Below are positions 61,150-64,000 of a stretch of DNA of 64,000 bases, one piece after another. Made by a program: the position numbers and the translations under genes. Position 1 is the first letter of the stretch, and each line of letters opens with the position of its first letter. The notes beneath the pieces are model-generated. The model had not been told where the DNA came from. It ran no database searches and was given only the letters and a program-made list of their open reading frames with translations. Source of the stretch: Eukaryota sp. GEM-RC1 (Eukaryota); contig JAUFOQ010000001.1 of NCBI GenBank assembly GCA_040285855.1, forward strand, positions 1,674,001 through 1,738,000, given 5' to 3'.

Positions 61150-61190
61150 TTTATTTTTAATATGAATTACCCAATAAGAAGAAAAGGCAG

Positions 61191-61321
61191 TGTTGTAGTT
61201 GTAGATTTGTGTAATTTCATATTAGGTTTTTTATCTTCCCCCTTACATCTATAGAGGTTCTTCTCCTTATAAAGGTTCTCCTCTACATAGTATGTCCATT
61301 TATAGTGCACAAAGACCAACA
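61191..61321 (+). repeat. Shared LTR between units 3 and 4
   Basis: Identical to LTR copy 1. Confidence 0.7.
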
Positions 61322-62287
61322 GTAATTACTGTGGGCAACCTCCAACAAGCCAGCTCATTTTCAGCTCCTCTCCTAAACGGAACATCCCGTCTGGAGTCAT
61401 GTAAGTTCTTGGAGGACCTCCAAGCTTACGCCGCTGCTCTCCAGGCTTCCGAAGCATTGTCCCGCCCTGCTGCCGCCGAAGCCGAAGAAGATTTCGAGTC
61501 CGCCACCGAATCCGAAGGCGACAACAATGAAGTTGTACCCGCCGGACGTCCCGCTCCTCCCTCCAGAATTGTTCGCTCTCCTATGCTACAGTTCTGTCCA
61601 GACCCATCCGAAGTCTCTGTCCCGCCAGAGATGAACTCTCTTATCCCTGTTATCCGACGCTTTATTAGCCCACGCCTTTTATCCGCTATTCCTCTCCTCT
61701 GTCCCGAAGCTGAGGAAGACAACGAACAGCTTCTCGCGTGGATCTACTCCAACTCGCTCATTCATGATGAAGCTCTCGCCGACCGTCTACTTTTGAAGAT
61801 CAGCATGAACCCCTCTATAAAAGAGTCCTCCATGCGCTTAGCAGACTACGTCCTAAGGTTTCAAGACCTTAAGAAACAAATCTCCCACCTGATTTTCAAA
61901 GAAGATCACTTCCTTTCCTCCTTTATCAAAGGCATCACTCCTTCCTCCGTCTCTTCTCGTGTCTTCTCTTCATTCAAAAACGGGAGAGTTACTTCTCTCG
62001 ACGAAATCTTATCTCTCACCCGTCAACTCTTTGCAGCAATGCAACTCTCCTATTCTCTTGAAGAACCCCGTTCCCAACCACCAGCTCCCAGTCGAACAAC
62101 TAACCGACAACCCAGAACTCAACCTCGCTCTTCTAGACCCTCTCATTCCTCTTCTCACCTCACTTGCGCTTATTGTAAGGAGCCGGGACATGTCAACCGA
62201 CTGTCCAGATCCCAGCTGCCGAGCAAGTCGATTTCACCGTCCCCTATCCACTCCTCAATACCCTGCCCAACAAAATCGAAGCCCTAG
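61292..62287 (+). CDS. gag: Gag (copy 4)
   Basis: Identical 331-aa ORF. Confidence 0.85.
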   Translation: MSIYSAQRPTVITVGNLQQASSFSAPLLNGTSRLESCKFLEDLQAYAAALQASEALSRPAAAEAEEDFESATESEGDNNEVVPAGRPAPPSRIVRSPMLQFCPDPSEVSVPPEMNSLIPVIRRFISPRLLSAIPLLCPEAEEDNEQLLAWIYSNSLIHDEALADRLLLKISMNPSIKESSMRLADYVLRFQDLKKQISHLIFKEDHFLSSFIKGITPSSVSSRVFSSFKNGRVTSLDEILSLTRQLFAAMQLSYSLEEPRSQPPAPSRTTNRQPRTQPRSSRPSHSSSHLTCAYCKEPGHVNRLSRSQLPSKSISPSPIHSSIPCPTKSKP

Positions 62288-64000
62288 ACCCCCTGCTCGA
62301 GGAAATCCCCCACGAAGCGTTCCAAGAGACCAGCCACGAAGCCAGCCTGTCCATCGCAGAAATCAAAGAGAACCCACCATTAACCGCCGACCTAATACCC
62401 GTTCTTCTAACCAACGCCAGGTCAACGCCGTGGACACCACCTTACCTGCTCCAGAATTTGTGGATCACATCCCCCTTTGTCTACCTGTAGACCTTGGGAT
62501 TGATGATTCACAGAGCAATTCTGTCAATGCTATTTCAACTCACTTAACTTCAGACCCTTGTAAACTTTCCCACAAGAATGACTTTTTAAAAATTAATCTT
62601 ACAATCAATGGAGTACCTACTATGGGTACCATTGATACTGCTGCTAAGACTTCCTGCATTACCCAGGATATTGCCTCCAATGCCAACATGGAAATTTCTG
62701 AGAAACAAATTCCAATCTTCCTAGCCAATCAATCTAGAATTTACTCCCCCGGCCTTGCTTGTGGCTACCTTACCTTCCTCTTCGAAGGCCCAGCCAAGAA
62801 AGTTCACTTGAAGTCTACCCTGCCGATCTTACCCGGCAAAGACCAATTACTTATCGGGTGTGACATTCTGACCAAACTAGGTCTTATGGATGCCAACGGT
62901 GTCTACATTAAACTTGACGAAGAACATCGAAGATTTATCTCCGCTGAATCTGCCTTTGACCAATTTATGACTGCTCCCCCCTGAAGTGTTTGCTACTAAC
63001 CCTAGTTCTCCTATTAACTCATTTAAGCAACATCTTGAACAGAAGAAAACCAGAATAGAACTTCCTCCCGTCGAGAAAGAAGCTTTAATTGACCTCCTTG
63101 CTGAATTCAGTGATGTGTTCAGTGATTTGCCTCATCCAGATGGCATCGACTGTGAACCGATGAGAATCCCTTTGCAGACGAATCAAAAATTGTAAGCCCC
63201 CCCCAGGAACCTTAGCCCCGAAAAATTAGAAATTGCGAACAAAGAATTCGACGACCTTCTCAAAAAGAATTTTGCTGTACCTAACGAGACCAAATGGTCC
63301 TCACCCATCTGTTTAGTGACCTACGCTGACAAAGCTCCTAGATTAACCGGTGATTTTAGTGGCAAGAATGGGATCAACGACCTCTCACTTACTCTGGAAG
63401 CCGATTTGCCTAAAATCGCTGACATCCTGCGCGTCCTGTCTAAGGCAAAATATATTGCTACTCTCGACTTACCTAAAGCCTTCTGGCAAGTCAAACTTCA
63501 CCCAGATGACGTGAAAAAAGCTTCACTTTCCATACCTGGACGTTCAATTTCTTTTACTCGAGCTGCTTTTGGACTGAAAAATGTCCCAGCTTTCTTTCAA
63601 AATTTAATGGTCTCATTTTTCGCCGATGAAGACATTTTTATTTACATCGATGACATAATCGTATGTTCGGAAGACTTTTCAGATCTACTCGCTAAACTCA
63701 GGAAAATTCTATCGAAAGCTCGTGACAAACGAGTTAGATTTGGCCTTCGCAAATGCGATTTTATTACTTTCAAGAGTAAAATCGAGATCGTAGGATGCAT
63801 CTTCCAAAATTTTCAACGCTCGATCAGTCCAGATCGAATTAAAGCTATCTGTTCACTCCCGCGACCAAAGACTTTATCAGAGGTTCGAAGTTTCGTTGGA
63901 TCGATTAACTTCATTAGAGACTGGATCCCCAACCTGGCCTCTGTACTAGAACCAATTTCAAATCTGCTAAGGAAAACAAACAAGATCATCTGGACCGCTG
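62190..64000 (+). CDS. pol: Pol (copy 4), protease-RT part, runs off the window
   Basis: IDTAA and YIDD present. Confidence 0.88.

Larger units (their letters stand above)
43053..64000 (+). mobile_element. Head-to-tail tandem array of a chromodomain Ty3/gypsy LTR retrotransposon with a single shared LTR per junction (units start 43053, 49101, 55144, 61191)
   Basis: Periods 6048/6043/6047 bp; identical gag proteins; each junction reads pol stop, polypurine tract, TGTTG; runs off the window. Confidence 0.95.

Noticed and set aside
44830..63200. Pol frameshifts and stops suggesting each array copy is a pseudogene
   Set aside because: They sit in homopolymer runs that vary between copies (the C-run after AAG is 8/7/9/8 long; the A-run in GTGAAAAA(A)GC also varies), and a consensus restores one frame. 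They are most likely long-read errors, unlike the invariant knuckle shift.

Overview
AT-rich eukaryotic DNA, probably from a microbial eukaryote, made almost entirely of transposable elements. Bases 1-43 kb are a mosaic of decayed and nested fragments: hAT, Tc1/IS630, Ty3/gypsy, Sel1, LRR, SET, Ulp1-like and pPolB-like pieces. This part also holds a ~4.1-kb inverted duplication (3504-7680 / 16829-20924), one pristine autonomous Mutator-like element (24555-26713, 61-bp perfect TIRs, 9-bp TSD) and two non-autonomous hAT derivatives with TIRs and 8-bp TSDs. From 43053 to the window end lies a head-to-tail array of at least 3.5 near-identical ~6.05-kb chromodomain-bearing Ty3/gypsy retrotransposons, with a single LTR at each junction. 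The element is unusual in several ways. Its inferred LTR is only ~131 bp (TGTTG...CAACA) and contains the gag start codon. There is no TGG-type tRNA primer-binding site; a perfect 14-bp palindrome straddles the LTR end instead. The gag/pol frame change splits the CCHC zinc knuckle in all four copies. A ~375-aa acidic insertion sits between RNase H and integrase, and its diverged relic at 36.4-36.95 kb differs largely by synonymous changes. A related element's 109-bp LTR at 15571-15679 independently shows the same micro-LTR design with an internal ATG. All calls come from reading the sequence by eye; no searches were run.
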